Counted from the stretch's first letter, positions 11,668-27,504 are shown. The stretch is DNA of 64,000 nt from Macrostomum lignano (GCA_002269645.1 NIVC01000102.1:453950-517949), one strand, 5' to 3'. The notes: generated by a model from the letters alone, not told the origin. Numbers and translations: made by a program.

Positions 11668-13341
11668 GCTTAAAATGTTGCGAGTACACCGAGATATACA
11701 TGTACCCGTATGTGCGTGACATTTCAAGCTCAGGCAGAACTAAAACGCACCGTGACAGTTTAAATTAGCAAATCATAAACTGGTCTGCGAGACCAAAGAT
11801 CTTTTACGAAAATTGGACCTGCTCAAAATACTGTGGGGTGGAAAGTGAAATTCCCTTCCTGTTTAAGTCATGTTTGGAACTTTTTTATAGTGCTCCCGAA
11901 TGGAGCCTGAAACATTGGGTCCCGATTACCTTACGTTAATCTCTTCATCAATCATAGAGTCAAACGACCTCTGAATTAGGACCTCTGTGGGGAGAAATGG
12001 CTGTAAGAGAGTTTAGCACCTTTGACCACGCTATCAATGTTCAAAAGTGATGTTTGCCACCCCTCCGTCTCGAAACGTATCTCGATCTCGAATCTCGAAA
12101 TATCTTCATCAAGGTGGGAATGGAAATTCCACCGAGTTCACATCGAAATTCCAATTTATATTATTTCTCCCCATAGAGATCCCCAGGTTTCGGCATACCG
12201 ATAACTTTTGGCTCCAATGAAGAGACTGGCGTATAGTAGGGACCGAATGATTCGGGCTCCATTTTGACTTTTAATCTCACATCTCCTTTTCCCCTAGCTA
12301 AGCTCGAATACTCCTTTTGCGTACGAGATTCAATTTTACGAGATGCAGACATTAAGTTAATCAAGCTGAAGTCAGCAGTGAATTGCGGCACAGTGCAGGT
12401 TGGGAAACACTCTTGTGCCAGTATAGGAGATGGAGTCAGATAAAGCATGACAACTGTTGACATTATTTTAATGCTGAAGCACTAGCAAAGCTGAACTGCA
12501 TGTGACTAACTGGCTCTGAGCGAACCATAAACATCATCAAGTCTGCTTAATTCTGCATCCCGTGCAGCCTACCAGATGCTTCACGCCTCTGCATCGCCAC
12601 TCATGCCAATTACGAGTATAGAGAGTGAACACGATGTTTGAGAGATGACGAACTGGCGGAAAGCCGATCACTCGCGCGGATTATGTGTATTTTATTTTTC
12701 AGACGGATGGTAGTAAAGTAAATTTAATTGTCAATTAAGCAGCCGGGGTAACGAAACCAAGTGTGTCGACTTTGGATTTGAGTGCAGGTAGAACTCTGCT
12801 TTAAATTATCAACGTGTTGGTTACATGATCAGCAGTCGAACTCCAATCAAAGACCTCCTTCAAAACCAAACAATTAATTTAACATATTAAATATAACGAC
12901 TTTCGACTACGTTAATACATGCAGTAAAACAAACTGTTGCTGATCTAACCTAATAAAAATCACATAAAAACAATTAATATCAGTACAATGCAAAGTAACT
13001 ATTTTTAATGAATAAATAAACAAAGGAAAACGGACAGGAAAAGACAGGCACTAAGTTAGACATGGACTGCGTGGGCGTGGATCTTCTGCCAAAAAATAGT
13101 GATAATAAAATCGGATACGACATGCTGCTTTAAATAATATATATGCAGTCTTTTTTGATTAAAAAACAAATTAGTTAGTCAATTAAGATAGTCAATCAGT
13201 ACATAAATAACCTAAATAGTAGTAAAACACGCTCACGTTTGGTTTTTTGTTTGCAGCACGTACACATACATGTATGGTCAGACGGGAATTGTGAATGCCA
13301 CAAACACCTTCAATTCTCGCTAAAAACCCATGCAGTCTCTT

Positions 13342-14532
13342 TCACTTGCTGGGGAAAAAGTAGAACTTCTTGCGCAGATGGTTGGTAGGGCTGGGCATCT
13401 GGCATGCCTGGTTCTTGTTCTTCTTGTTCTCGCCGCGGAACGCCTTACTAACGAGCAAGTTCACCTGCACCATCATGTCGGCCACGTGCTCGGAGTGAAA
13501 GTTTCTCGAGAAGATTTGCACGATGGCTTGGATAAACCAACTGCCTTGCTTGGTGTTGCGCCAGCTGATGAACCCGGGCAAGGTGGAGTGGGCGATGAGC
13601 AGGTCCGCGTAGTCTGGCGGGAGCCTGTTCTCCATTTTTTGGGCATCTCCATAGTTGAGCCGTTGGAGATGATCCACGAGGTCGAAGTTTTCGTCACCCT
13701 CAACCACTGGACCGTCGCTGACCTCCTGACCGACCATGGGATGCTGGGTGTCTTTGTCAGTTCTGTCGAGTTCGATTCGACAGGCCTGCCAGGGTGTTTC
13801 ACACATGAATGGCGGAAGTAAAATATAAAATAGAGAAGTACTGTGTCTTATAGGAATTATATTCAGCTAGGCAAGCCTTGAAATTTCAAAACCGTGAAAT
13901 GCATAGAGGCTTTGGCTGTTTTAAAGTACAGTTTGTCCTACATGTATATTTACCTGAATGATGACAAACTTCGGTTTTCCGGTTAGCTTGCAATCTGAAT
14001 GGTTAAACAGCGAAAGGATGTCCTTGTACTCGTCCACAGGCTTGCTGTCTCTGCCCAGTATTTTGCCATTTGTGCCGTGCGACAGAACCGCCAAGACGCA
14101 TGAGGTGTACTGTTCGTGCTCCGGATTGAGAATGAAGCTCCTGCATGCTTCCTTCATTTCCTCGGCAGTTTGGTTGTTGACAATCTCCACTTTGTACAGA
14201 AGTTTGTTGAACAGATTGCTCAAATTATCACGGTCAACATCCGTTCCGGTTCTGTCGTCGAGTTTACCATCAAAACTTTTATTGTTAATGATAAGACAGA
14301 GACCTCTAGGATTGCCACGAGTATCGTAGGCCGTTTCAAAACGGTCAGCTTCATGTTTCTCCAGAATTCTCGCCTCAAAATTGTCGAAGTTTATACCGAC
14401 TGGAAGAAGTCCGTCTGTCTCTTCCACTTTGTCGATCTCGGGAAAGTTATTCTCTAGATCATCGTCAAGGACAACAGGTGAAACCTCAGGCTGCTCGAGA
14501 GTCTCTGGTAAATTTTGCTCTCTAGTGCTCAT
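13342..14532 (-). CDS. Caspase (peptidase C14A), short prodomain; exons 14532..13954 and 13785..13342
   Basis: PRGLCLIINN, RTGT, SHG, IIQ|ACRI across a 168-bp GT-AG intron, small subunit SWR..GSWFIQ..LRKKFYF. Start ATG at 14532 is inferred. Confidence 0.9.
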
Positions 14533-16040
14533 GCTTGCTTTGAGTTGCGGCAGATTTCGAGCAGAGAGTCTCACAGAAACTTTGCTTGCTAGTCGCTTTG
14601 GACGGGGACGAGCTACCAAAACCCATATATATATATACCGGGACGAGACACTACTGAGTTAAAATGCGCATCAAACTGAACTTCCATTTTCTTCTCCTAA
14701 GAAAGAGTGCTCCTGCCCCCCCACTCCAACACAAGCGTACACAATGAAGCAATGTGTCTTGAAAATGTAACTAACCCCCGACCGCGGATCAGTGTACGAA
14801 AAGAAAAGAGCGGTCACAAAACTTGCGAACTCTTACCAGTATAACTAGCATTATTTTTAGTTTTGTTATAGTCAGGACTACTACGAGAGATCTACGTGAG
14901 GACCTTACGTACGTTAAGAATTTTAAAATGAAAATGAGCTCAGTTTTACAGGTAATAAATCATATAGCTATAGCTAAAACAGAAAATAAAGTATCTCTAA
15001 CTAGTTTTAAGCATTACTGCTAAGATCATGCACTTTCAATGCAAAATCACTGACAATGGAAAGGTGCCCGAATACATGGTATATATGCACGTGCATTTTC
15101 CAAAGATTTAGTATGTTAGGTTCGCAGACATTTAACATTGACAAACAATTGACAATAGCTACGAGTTGTAAACAACGATAAATGCTTTTGCAATAGTAAA
15201 AGCAATATTCAGGTATTACGAGCTTAATTGTAGTTTCATAGCTACTTGAAAACAACAACTGATGCAAGAGTGATGTTGAAGCTATAGGTCATTGAAAACA
15301 TCTAGGATATACATAGACTGTTATATGGTAGTAAATCATGCAGAGACCATTGTTTTTTATCATTCAAATTGGTAATTTAAGCCAGGAGTCGCCACATGCG
15401 GTCGGCAAAGCCTCTCTATCCGGCCCTCTCTTCTCTTTAATCTCCCTTCTGGTCTTTTCTCCTCTCCTCTCCTCTCTCTCTTCTATTTAATTTAATCTCT
15501 TCTCTCGTCTTGTCTCCTCTCTTCTACTTTATTGCCTCGACTCTCTGTTTCCTATCTCTCTTATCAATTCCCTATTCTTTTTCCCCACTGGCCCACAGCC
15601 ATCCACGAGACAAACTATACAACTATCTCAAGAGTTAATTTAAAATCAGAGTGATGCTGGTACGTACGTCCTATTCAAACAAGTCTCAGACAGACTTGCC
15701 AGGAATGCAGGAGTGCACCTGCTAACGCTGCAGGTAACCCTACTAGCAATGTCAGACGTGCACTCGGGCATTTTGTCAACTGCCTGATGAGTCCACTACT
15801 AAGCCCGGAGTCAAAAGATTGATATTTTCTCTGATTTTATAAGATGCCAACTGCTGTTTGCTCTGAATTATCAACGTAACTGACGAAAGCAATAGATCGG
15901 GAGTTGATTGCCTAAAGTCAGGGGCCAACAAACTCCAGTCCGGCCTTATCTTCCATTCATCTGTCACCTGGACCTCGGCCATGAGCTAGATTCTTTATCT
16001 GGCCCTTGAGGTTAAAAAAGTTTGTCGACCTTTGCCTGCT

Positions 16041-19480
<3,440 letters not shown>

Positions 19481-20199
19481 TTTTTGAAGTTTAGCTTTAG
19501 CTGAAATAGTTTTTAAAATGCATTACTTTCTACCAATTTTTATGTCGTCTGAATCATACTACTAAATGTAGAAAGTAGTAAAAAAGCGAACAGAACCAGC
19601 ATTTTATCATTTTTTGAGAAAAATAGCTCAAAGTAGATTCGAAGAGACGGTCAATGTTAATATATTTGTTTATTATTTCATTAGTGAGGCGACATAGCTC
19701 GTACAAACGTCGTTGATATTGAAACGGAAAGTCAAAAATAAATTTTAATTCATTTAAATAAGCGATTTCGTAAAACAGAACGCATTATTTATCACATACG
19801 ATGATTGACTTACAGTGCAGATTCAAGTTATCAAGTTATAATTCAAATGACTTTACGAATCGACACTGAATACAAATGAATATTTCAACTATCTGTGCTG
19901 TTTGATACAAAACAAATCAATGCAATTCGGCTAAATGCTAAATATAGATGTACATTAAGCGTTAGAAGTTGAGGCGCGGATTCCTGGACACAAAGTATGG
20001 CTTTTATTACAAATCGTTAAAGCCTACAAAAACTGACTGACAGGAAAAAGGAGATAGTCTGACAGGCGATTTAGCCAATGCTGACACTAATGCACAACTA
20101 AAGTACAGGTGCAGGTGGAGAGGATAGACATGTACATGTAGACAGACATATTAACAAAACAGAAATCCAGAAGCAAAGAGACAAAATAGACTAATAAAC

Positions 20200-20377
20200 A
20201 AACCGAAAAACACATGACAGATAAACATACAGATAGACAGACAGACAGACAGGCACTAAGAGAGACAGACACTAAGGCAGGCAGACAAACAGACAGACAC
20301 TAAGAGAGGCAGACACTAAGACAGACATACAACTAAGACAGGCAGACAGACAGACAAACAGACAGACAGATAGACAA

Positions 20378-20408
<31 letters not shown>

Positions 20409-20467
20409 CACAGACACACAAAAAGACACACAGACACACACAGACAGACAGACAGACAGACAGACAC

Positions 20468-20526
<59 letters not shown>

Positions 20527-20690
20527 CACAGAAAGACACACAGACAGAAACACAGACAGACACAGACACACAGACAGACACACAGACAGACACACAGACA
20601 GACACACAAAAAGACACACAGACAGAAACACAGACAGACACAGACACACAGACAGACACACAGACAGACACAGACAGACAGACACATACA
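20200..20690. repeat. (GACA)n / (CA)-type degenerate microsatellite
   Basis: Read directly. Confidence 0.95.
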
Positions 20691-20757
20691 TTCTACCCAG
20701 TCCCTGTGCTCAGTAGCAGTCAGCCAATCAGCAGGATGCTACCATCACTCTCCGCTC

Positions 20758-22341
20758 CTACCGCTTAGCTAAAGACTCGTAGATGAGCAGCGACGCGATG
20801 GCGTCCAGAGCGGCGTACCGCCGCCTCTCCGCAGTCAAGGGCACCGCGGCCCAATCGCAGCAGCGAATACTTCGATCCTTGTCCAATCGACTGTCAAGCA
20901 AGTGCTGAACCAGACCATTCAAGCTCCACTGAGTTGACAGTTTTAACCGCTGCTTAGCGAGACTATTGAGCTCTACCCAACCGGAAGGCTTCAACAGCAA
21001 TTCGGAGGAAATTTGTTCGGGAAAATCGCGGCAAAGTTTCTTTAAATCGCCCTGGATGCACAGACCAACCTTGACTAGGCGCGGATGGGTCAGTAGGCTA
21101 TTCAAAGTCGGTGTTGGCTGGGTCAGTGCGCCGCCACGAGCAAAGTGAATTAACACTGCACAGGGTGGCTCAATAGCGGGACACAGCTGCAGCAGGGCGG
21201 TACGCGAAAAGCGTCCATCCTGGGTCAGACTAAAGAACGTAGTTCTGGACACAGAAGTTTCACCCGTGTCTTGAGACTTTTCTTTAAAACTAGGGTCCGA
21301 ATTGAGACCGTCTCCTTGGCCTCGACTTTGAGAAAGGGAAATATTTGGTTCCTTCTGGCATTTGTCATGAGACCTGACTTGCTGACCTTGACTCTGGTCT
21401 ATTCCATGAGACACGACTTGTTGACCTTGACTCTGGTCTATTCCATGAGACACGACTTGTTGACCTTGGCTCTGGTCTACAGTGACGTGAGACACGCATT
21501 GTTGACCTTGACTCTGGTCTATTCCATGAGACACGACTTGTTGACCTTGACTCTGGTCTGTTCCATGAGACGCGACTTGTTGACCTTGACTCTGGTCTAC
21601 AGTGACGTGAGACACGCCTTGTTGACCTTGACTCTGGTCTATTCCATGAGACACGACTTGTTGACCTTGACTCTGGTCTGTTCCATGAGACGCGACTTGT
21701 TGACCTTGACTCTGGTCTGTTCCATGAGACGCGACATGATGACCTTGACTCTGGTCTATTCCATGAGACACGACTTGTTGACCTTGACTCTGGTCTGCTT
21801 CATGAGACGCGACTTGTTGACCTTGACTCTGGTCTATTCCATGAGACACGACTTGTTGACCTTGACTCTGGTCTAATCCGTGAGACACGCTTTGTTGAAC
21901 TTGACTTTGACCTTGATTTGGACCGGAAATCTGCCCTCGACCCTGATCGGAGTTAAAGACGGGCCATTCAATATCGAATCCGCAAGCCACGGCAGGCCCA
22001 GTGGGATCACTATCTAACTGCGACAACACCCGGCCGCACCAGACGTCCAGCTGACGCGGCCTATCGATATACACTATCGGCCTATCCGGTGCAAGCAGCG
22101 GCAACCTTTGCTCCATGAAATCATCAAACTGCAGGCAGCGGTAGCGCTTAGCGGTAACGTGACCCGGTTCAACGTCGCTTCGGTCGTCGGTCATCCAAGC
22201 TGGAAGCTTTCTGACACGCTGACCTGCTGGCTGTTGCTGGTGCAGCGCCTGCGGCGACTGCTGACGGTCAGAAGAGCTGGCCTGAAACGTACCGAAAAAA
22301 CTGAATTCACAAATATCCTTCACCAGCTTCTTTTTAAACAT
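20758..22341 (-). CDS. WRN-type DEDDy 3'-5' exonuclease (WRNexo-like, no helicase)
   Basis: ExoI GFDIEWP, ALLQLC, ExoII KVG..IQGDLKKLCRDF, SLNGLV, ExoIII YAALDA; N-terminal RVRKLPAWM. Start codon uncertain. Confidence 0.85.
   Translation of the reverse strand: MFKKKLVKDICEFSFFGTFQASSSDRQQSPQALHQQQPAGQRVRKLPAWMTDDRSDVEPGHVTAKRYRCLQFDDFMEQRLPLLAPDRPIVYIDRPRQLDVWCGRVLSQLDSDPTGPAVACGFDIEWPVFNSDQGRGQISGPNQGQSQVQQSVSHGLDQSQGQQVVSHGIDQSQGQQVASHEADQSQGQQVVSHGIDQSQGHHVASHGTDQSQGQQVASHGTDQSQGQQVVSHGIDQSQGQQGVSHVTVDQSQGQQVASHGTDQSQGQQVVSHGIDQSQGQQCVSHVTVDQSQGQQVVSHGIDQSQGQQVVSHGIDQSQGQQVRSHDKCQKEPNISLSQSRGQGDGLNSDPSFKEKSQDTGETSVSRTTFFSLTQDGRFSRTALLQLCPAIEPPCAVLIHFARGGALTQPTPTLNSLLTHPRLVKVGLCIQGDLKKLCRDFPEQISSELLLKPSGWVELNSLAKQRLKLSTQWSLNGLVQHLLDSRLDKDRSIRCCDWAAVPLTAERRRYAALDAIASLLIYESLAKR
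21362..21905 (-). repeat. Coding tandem repeat, 39/42-bp unit, 14 copies (QSQGQQVVSHGID)
   Basis: In frame inside the exonuclease ORF, between ExoI and ALLQLC. Confidence 0.9.
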
Positions 22342-23522
22342 TAACCTTCTTTTAAAATCTAACAGCTAAAAATTGCCGAATCTAGCTTCATCAGCGTCTG
22401 CTGTTGTTTGCAAAATTCAGTTCGTCAACGTTGACAACTTCTATTTTGTGTAGCTCACAGCGCATCACCTGCAGCTGAGCGAGTTAGCGGAAGTGACTGC
22501 AAGACCCATGTGTGATTAAGTCGAACATTAACTATTAGCTAAACTACAAGCTCTAAACGAAATAAAAATAACTTGAATTCTGTCATCAGATTTTTCTTTT
22601 GCCAACAAAAAAGACAATTTCAGAGCTTCTTTGTGAAGCAAAAACAAATTTCCATTTTAAGCAAGTATTTGAAAAGTTCAAATTCAAATGTTGCAGCTAT
22701 AAATATTCATATTTATTATCAATCCATAGCTTTACACCGCATGTTAAGACAAGTGACAACGCAAAAAATATAATTTGGTTAATAAAGACACGAAAAACTC
22801 AACTGAGATGCAGCCACAGACATTGCTTCTTTCAACAAGCATAAAAAGCAAAAGAGGGCAGATTTTTCGAAATGGGTAGTTTCTTTCGGATTACCCGAAA
22901 GGCCATGAAGAGGCCTCATTAAAGTACAATAAATCTTCCTCGCAAGTTTTACTGTTTTTAATTGCATTTAACACTACTGACGATGTTTATTAAGTAGTGT
23001 AAGCGGCGTTTTGAAATAAAAACTTGTGATGCTTTATTCGACAAGGCAGGCACCAAACCGATTTTAGGGTCAGTGAGGCTCCGACCTGGGTTCGAATCCC
23101 ACACAAACTGATGCAGAGACAGACAAAAAGTATAGTCTTTGCATAACTTTAAAAAATCTGAATTGATATTTTTAATGAATAAAAAATCTGCATCAAATTC
23201 TGGACTATTTTTGCGGCAGCAAAACATCTGAAAGAAATATTTGCCGATATGTATCGAAAAAACGTTTATAGTCAACTTTTTTTGCAGCAGCATTTTTTAG
23301 ATTTAATTTAAATTCGTTTTGAAACCATCATTACTAAGTTAAATTACTTAACCCGTTACTGAAATATCGTCGATATGTATTGATAATAACTTTATAAACT
23401 GAATTTATATATAGGAAGAAGCAAGTTGCATTTTACAAACCTATCGAGCTATAGTAACGCATATACCAACCCGATAAGATTACTAATAGTACAATAAATG
23501 GATGTCCCATATTCAATAATAA

Positions 23523-24730
23523 TCAATCGTTCATGCTAGTGACAACAGAGCGAGCCACGTAGCAGAGCACAGCAACGCATGCAATGAGCAGGACATTGGA
23601 TAGGCTTATAAAATTTTGTTGCTGATCAATTGGGCCGCCATTTCCATTGTTGGCTTTGTCCGAATTTTTGTTGCCATTGGATACTGTCTGGCTGGCCGAG
23701 CCTTGCTGCTTCAACTGCTGCTGCTGCTGCTGAGCATCGGATATTTCCTGCTGCAGTTTCTCAGCCAATTCTGGGAATAATTCGCGAAATCGATCGTCTC
23801 GCAGATTGAATTCTGTGCTCTGGGCCGCCAGGCGCCGCTTCTGATGAGGGAAGTTGGAATAAAATAGTTTGAGTCAGTGTGGGTCAGCAGGTGATTCAGT
23901 GTGGGTCAGGTGAGTCAGTGTGGGTCAGGTGAGTCAGTGTGGGTCAGGTGAGTCAGTGTGGGTCAGGTGAGTCAGTGTGGGTCAGCAAGTGAGTTAGTGT
24001 GGGTCAGGTGAGTCAGTGTGGGTCAGTAGGTGAGTCAGTGTGGGTCAGGTGAGTCAGTTTGCGTCAGCAAGTGAGTCAGTGCGGGTCAACATGTGAGTCA
24101 GTGTGGGTCAGCAGATGAGTCAGTGTGGGTCAGCAGGTGAGTCAGTGTGGGTCAACACAACAGGTGAGTCAGTGTGGATCAGCAAGTGAGTGAGTGTGGG
24201 TCAGCAGGTGAGTCAGTGTGTGTCAGCAGGTGAGTGAGTGTGGGTCAGCAGGTGATTAATCAAAAGTCAATCACACAGAGAACTCAATGAAGCACACAAA
24301 TTAGAGCTCACATCAGCGTCTGAGGTCTGCAGGCTGCCAAACGTAGGCGTATTCTCCAACATAAAGCTGAGCAATCCAGTCAGAATAGTGCTGACGCACC
24401 AGGCGGGATTCCAAGTGTCCGGATGAAAGTCCGAGATGCTCAAACAGAGCCGGCTGTTCACCTTGAACCGACCGCTGGGTGTGATCATGTAGATGCTGGG
24501 CGGTTTAAACGGGAACTCTCTGGGAAATACCAGCTTGCCGTGATAGAATCCACCGTGATATGGCGAATCCGGGGGCCTTCAACGACGTAGTGCCATTCGA
24601 GTATGTTGCTAGGCAGTGGTTCGGCGCTGATGAAGGGCACGGGGTCGCGCTTTAAGCGACTATAATCCTGTTTCAGGCGGGCCGCGGCGGTGGGTGACAC
24701 GCCTGATGAAGCTTTAGAGACCGGCGGCAT
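23523..24730 (-). CDS. UBE2J2: Tail-anchored E2 ubiquitin-conjugating enzyme (Ubc6/UBE2J2); exons 24730..24312 and 23840..23523, with a 1-bp frameshift near 24573
   Basis: [44 protein letters not shown]-terminal hydrophobic anchor. One extra base in the 5-G run at 24571-24575 restores [14 protein letters not shown]. Confidence 0.92.
23872..24256. repeat. Intronic minisatellite, 19/22-bp unit GTGAGTCAGTGTGGGTCAG(CAG)
   Basis: Read directly, in the UBE2J2 intron. Confidence 0.92.
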
Positions 24731-24837
24731 ATAAGGCGCAGTGAAGCTGCAATATTTTTATAATTTCATTGAAAATTTAATAATTTTAACAGCTGCATAC
24801 GGCTGTTCAGTCGAAGGACTGGGGGATCGCTACACAC

Positions 24838-24985
24838 ACACCCTCAATTACCCCAGCTAATGCTGGCACCCATTTTACAGCTGTGTGAACTGAAACAATG
24901 CTGAGTTAGGTGTCTTGCTCAAGGACACAAATTTTTACAACTGGGTCGAGAATCGAACCCACGACCTTTCAGTCTTGACTCTGAA
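24838..24985 (-). mobile_element. tRNA-derived CORE-SINE, partial copy
   Basis: Near-match to 46150-46330; CCCATTTTACAG..GTGTCTTGCTCAAGGACAC resembles the reverse CORE domain; B-box GGTTCGATTC on the minus strand. Confidence 0.65.
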
Positions 24986-27300
24986 GAAATTAGAAAATTT
25001 ATTCTAAAATTAGAAGTACTTTATATATTTTTTTATTTTTAAAGCTTTAACATCTTATCTTAAGGTTATTTATATACTCTAAAGATAAAAATATGGATTG
25101 GCCAAGTTTTTGGCAATTAAAATAGAAATAAATCAAGCAATAAATGCTTTAGAACTCTATTGAAGCAAATAAAAAATATGTCAATGCCATGTCCAGTTTC
25201 CTATGCATAAAAATGTGCTAGTGGCTAGAAGCGACTATTTCAAGGCTGCATTAGTTCAGGCATATGCAAAGCTGGAGCCTCTTGCTTGGAGCTCAAAGGC
25301 ATCACTGCCAAGGGCCCACAGGCTATGCTAGAGTTTGTGTACCAACTTATTGGCTGTCAGTTGATTGGGCTAAGGATATTCTTAATATGGCATCACATCT
25401 TCACAATATTTTTATAACTTCTGTATTGAATTCAATCTTGTTTGACTGTTCTCAAATTCCAAGCCCATTCTTAAAATTTTGAGAATTTCTTGAAATGACC
25501 TACCTTTAAAAAGGCTAAGTCTCAAAATTTTGAGATTGAGATTGAGATCTTAGTCAGAGTCTAGTTGTTGCATAGCATGTCTCCTAACTCCCTTATCCTC
25601 TCTAAAACAACACTTATTATTTGCATGGTACTATATAAATAGTACTGTCATTATTTACATAGTAACTAAATCTATATACTAATTGTGTGCTGTTTGTCTG
25701 TTATTGATTTTCTCAAGAACCGTCTAGCTGATTTTTTCAAATTATCCTTTAAAAAGTTTTTAATTTTTTGGCAATCATGCATAACTTTTTTTATGAAAAA
25801 AAATTAATTGGAAGTGGGTCAAATATTCAAAAAATGATTAAATTATAATGCTTTAAATGGGCACCCTGTTTCTAAATTTAATTGCTCAGTTCAACCATTT
25901 AGGCCTCTCCTTGACCAATGTACATTGTAGAATGTACATTCATAATAAAGTTAAGGAGTTTTATGACCCTTTGCGTGGTAAGCTCACAATTTGTGGGGTT
26001 GGTTGAATTTTATTATCATTTATTAACCAGTCTAATATAGACTATTGATGAAAGAGTGGATGCATAGGGGAGGGGGTTAAAAAGGTGGCCTAAAATTTAT
26101 CAATCCCCTAAATTGCTCTGATCGTGTTTGTCTTATTTCATGAATACAATACCGTATCACACAATTGCAGATGGGGGCAGTAGCTAATGGGACTAATTAA
26201 TTAAGATTTATTTGGCAAATTGGTAAATAAAATTTATTTATATTTATACCAATTTTAGTGGGTCAATATTTGAAAAACAAAGTTTTTGCATACTTTCAAT
26301 GTTTGGATTTTGAATTTGAATGCTCCCATGGGGGCTTAATGCACTAGTGAAATACTAGTTTTTTAAACTATGACTACGCAGTACTTATAACAATGGTCCA
26401 ATTACATTTGATGACAAATCCATTCTTTTAAAGGCAAATGAGTTGCATTTGTAGTCCCTGATAAGGTAACTATTTATAAGGTACTTATTTTAGTTACTGT
26501 ATAAATAACAATGACAATATTTACACAATACCATGCAAATAACAATTGCCCTCTAATGACATGTCTATGAATGTGTGCAGCCCATTTTGGCAAAGGAATT
26601 TTTGGCAAAAGATGCTTTGGCAAAGCTGGATTTTTAGTTTTTATAGGACTTTTTGGCAAAATAAAGCAGTGATGGGCATAGCAAGCACTAAATTTGAAAT
26701 TTGCTATAGTGCCACTACAATTCCTAGCAAGTAGGTCACTGATTTTTCGCACCATTTTATTTTTTTTGCACCTAGCTTAAAGTCATGTAGTGTGCACAAC
26801 CTGGAAAAAATGTATTGTAATTTTTTAGGTACGCAGTATGCTGTGACAAAAATGTCAGCAAAAATGCAAACTGTGTTGACATTTGATGAAACTACAACTA
26901 CCTGACAGCAAAATTTAGTATAACATGTACATCCTATACTGTTTTCAAAAATTAATGATTCCAGCAGCCAAGGATTACAAATAAAATATTAGTAGCATTT
27001 TAGTTTGAATTAGTTGATTAAAGTTTAAAAATTAGAACAAAATATAAGGAACCACAAAAAATAGCAGGAAGTCAGACAAGACCTACTGCTAACTTAATAA
27101 TAAAACATAATTAAACTGTTGTAATAATGAATTTTGATTTTAACAGCCTAGATATAGCACAAGACTAAATAATTTAAAATTTGAAGATCAAAAAGTGTTA
27201 AGTACATTAATACATTAATTCCATTTCAATTTAAGTAAGTGCTAAATAAAATTTTGTAATTTAAACCATAGATTGCATTTGATCTAGATCTAGGCAGAGG

Positions 27301-27491
27301 CAAGGAGTTCTATAATTAGCAACCTGGAGTGGAAACGAGTTTTTCAGTTTTACCTTATGAGGCCAGATTAGCATAGACAGAGTCAGACAGAGCCATAGAC
27401 ATTCAGTGCTGGCTCTTTATCTTTACAATTGGCATGGTCTCATGAGGTAAAACTCGCTTCTGCTCTAGATTGCTTATTATAGAACTCCTTG
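27301..27491. mobile_element. Fold-back MITE with long imperfect TIRs (CAAGGAGTTCTATAA..), P-like ends
   Basis: Ends are reverse complements over about 60 bp; flanks GCAGAGG / GCAAAGG look like a 7-bp TSD with 1 mismatch. Confidence 0.6.
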
Positions 27492-27504
27492 GCAAAGGCT
27501 ACTT

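Noticed and set aside
12161-12463. 100-aa minus-strand ORF
   Set aside because: No recognisable domain or splice context.
4953-13342. cGLR plus caspase as a CBASS-like sensor-effector pair
   Set aside because: The genes are convergent and 8 kb apart, the caspase has no recognisable nucleotide-sensing domain, and proximity alone is weak evidence in animals.
20272-20691. Hydrophobic or Cys-rich ORFs on simple repeats (also 28053-28734, 33193-33947, 34230-34903, 36024-36765, 44093-44712)
   Set aside because: They are translations of microsatellites, minisatellites or low-complexity tracts.
19500-20760. Fusion of WRNexo to NDUFAF7 by splicing
   Set aside because: The candidate donor is phase 2 and the NDUFAF7 upstream acceptor needs phase 1; an AATAAA lies between the genes near 20005.
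23060-23105. tRNA gene suggested by GGTTCGAATCCC
   Set aside because: No correctly spaced A-box or cloverleaf could be drawn.
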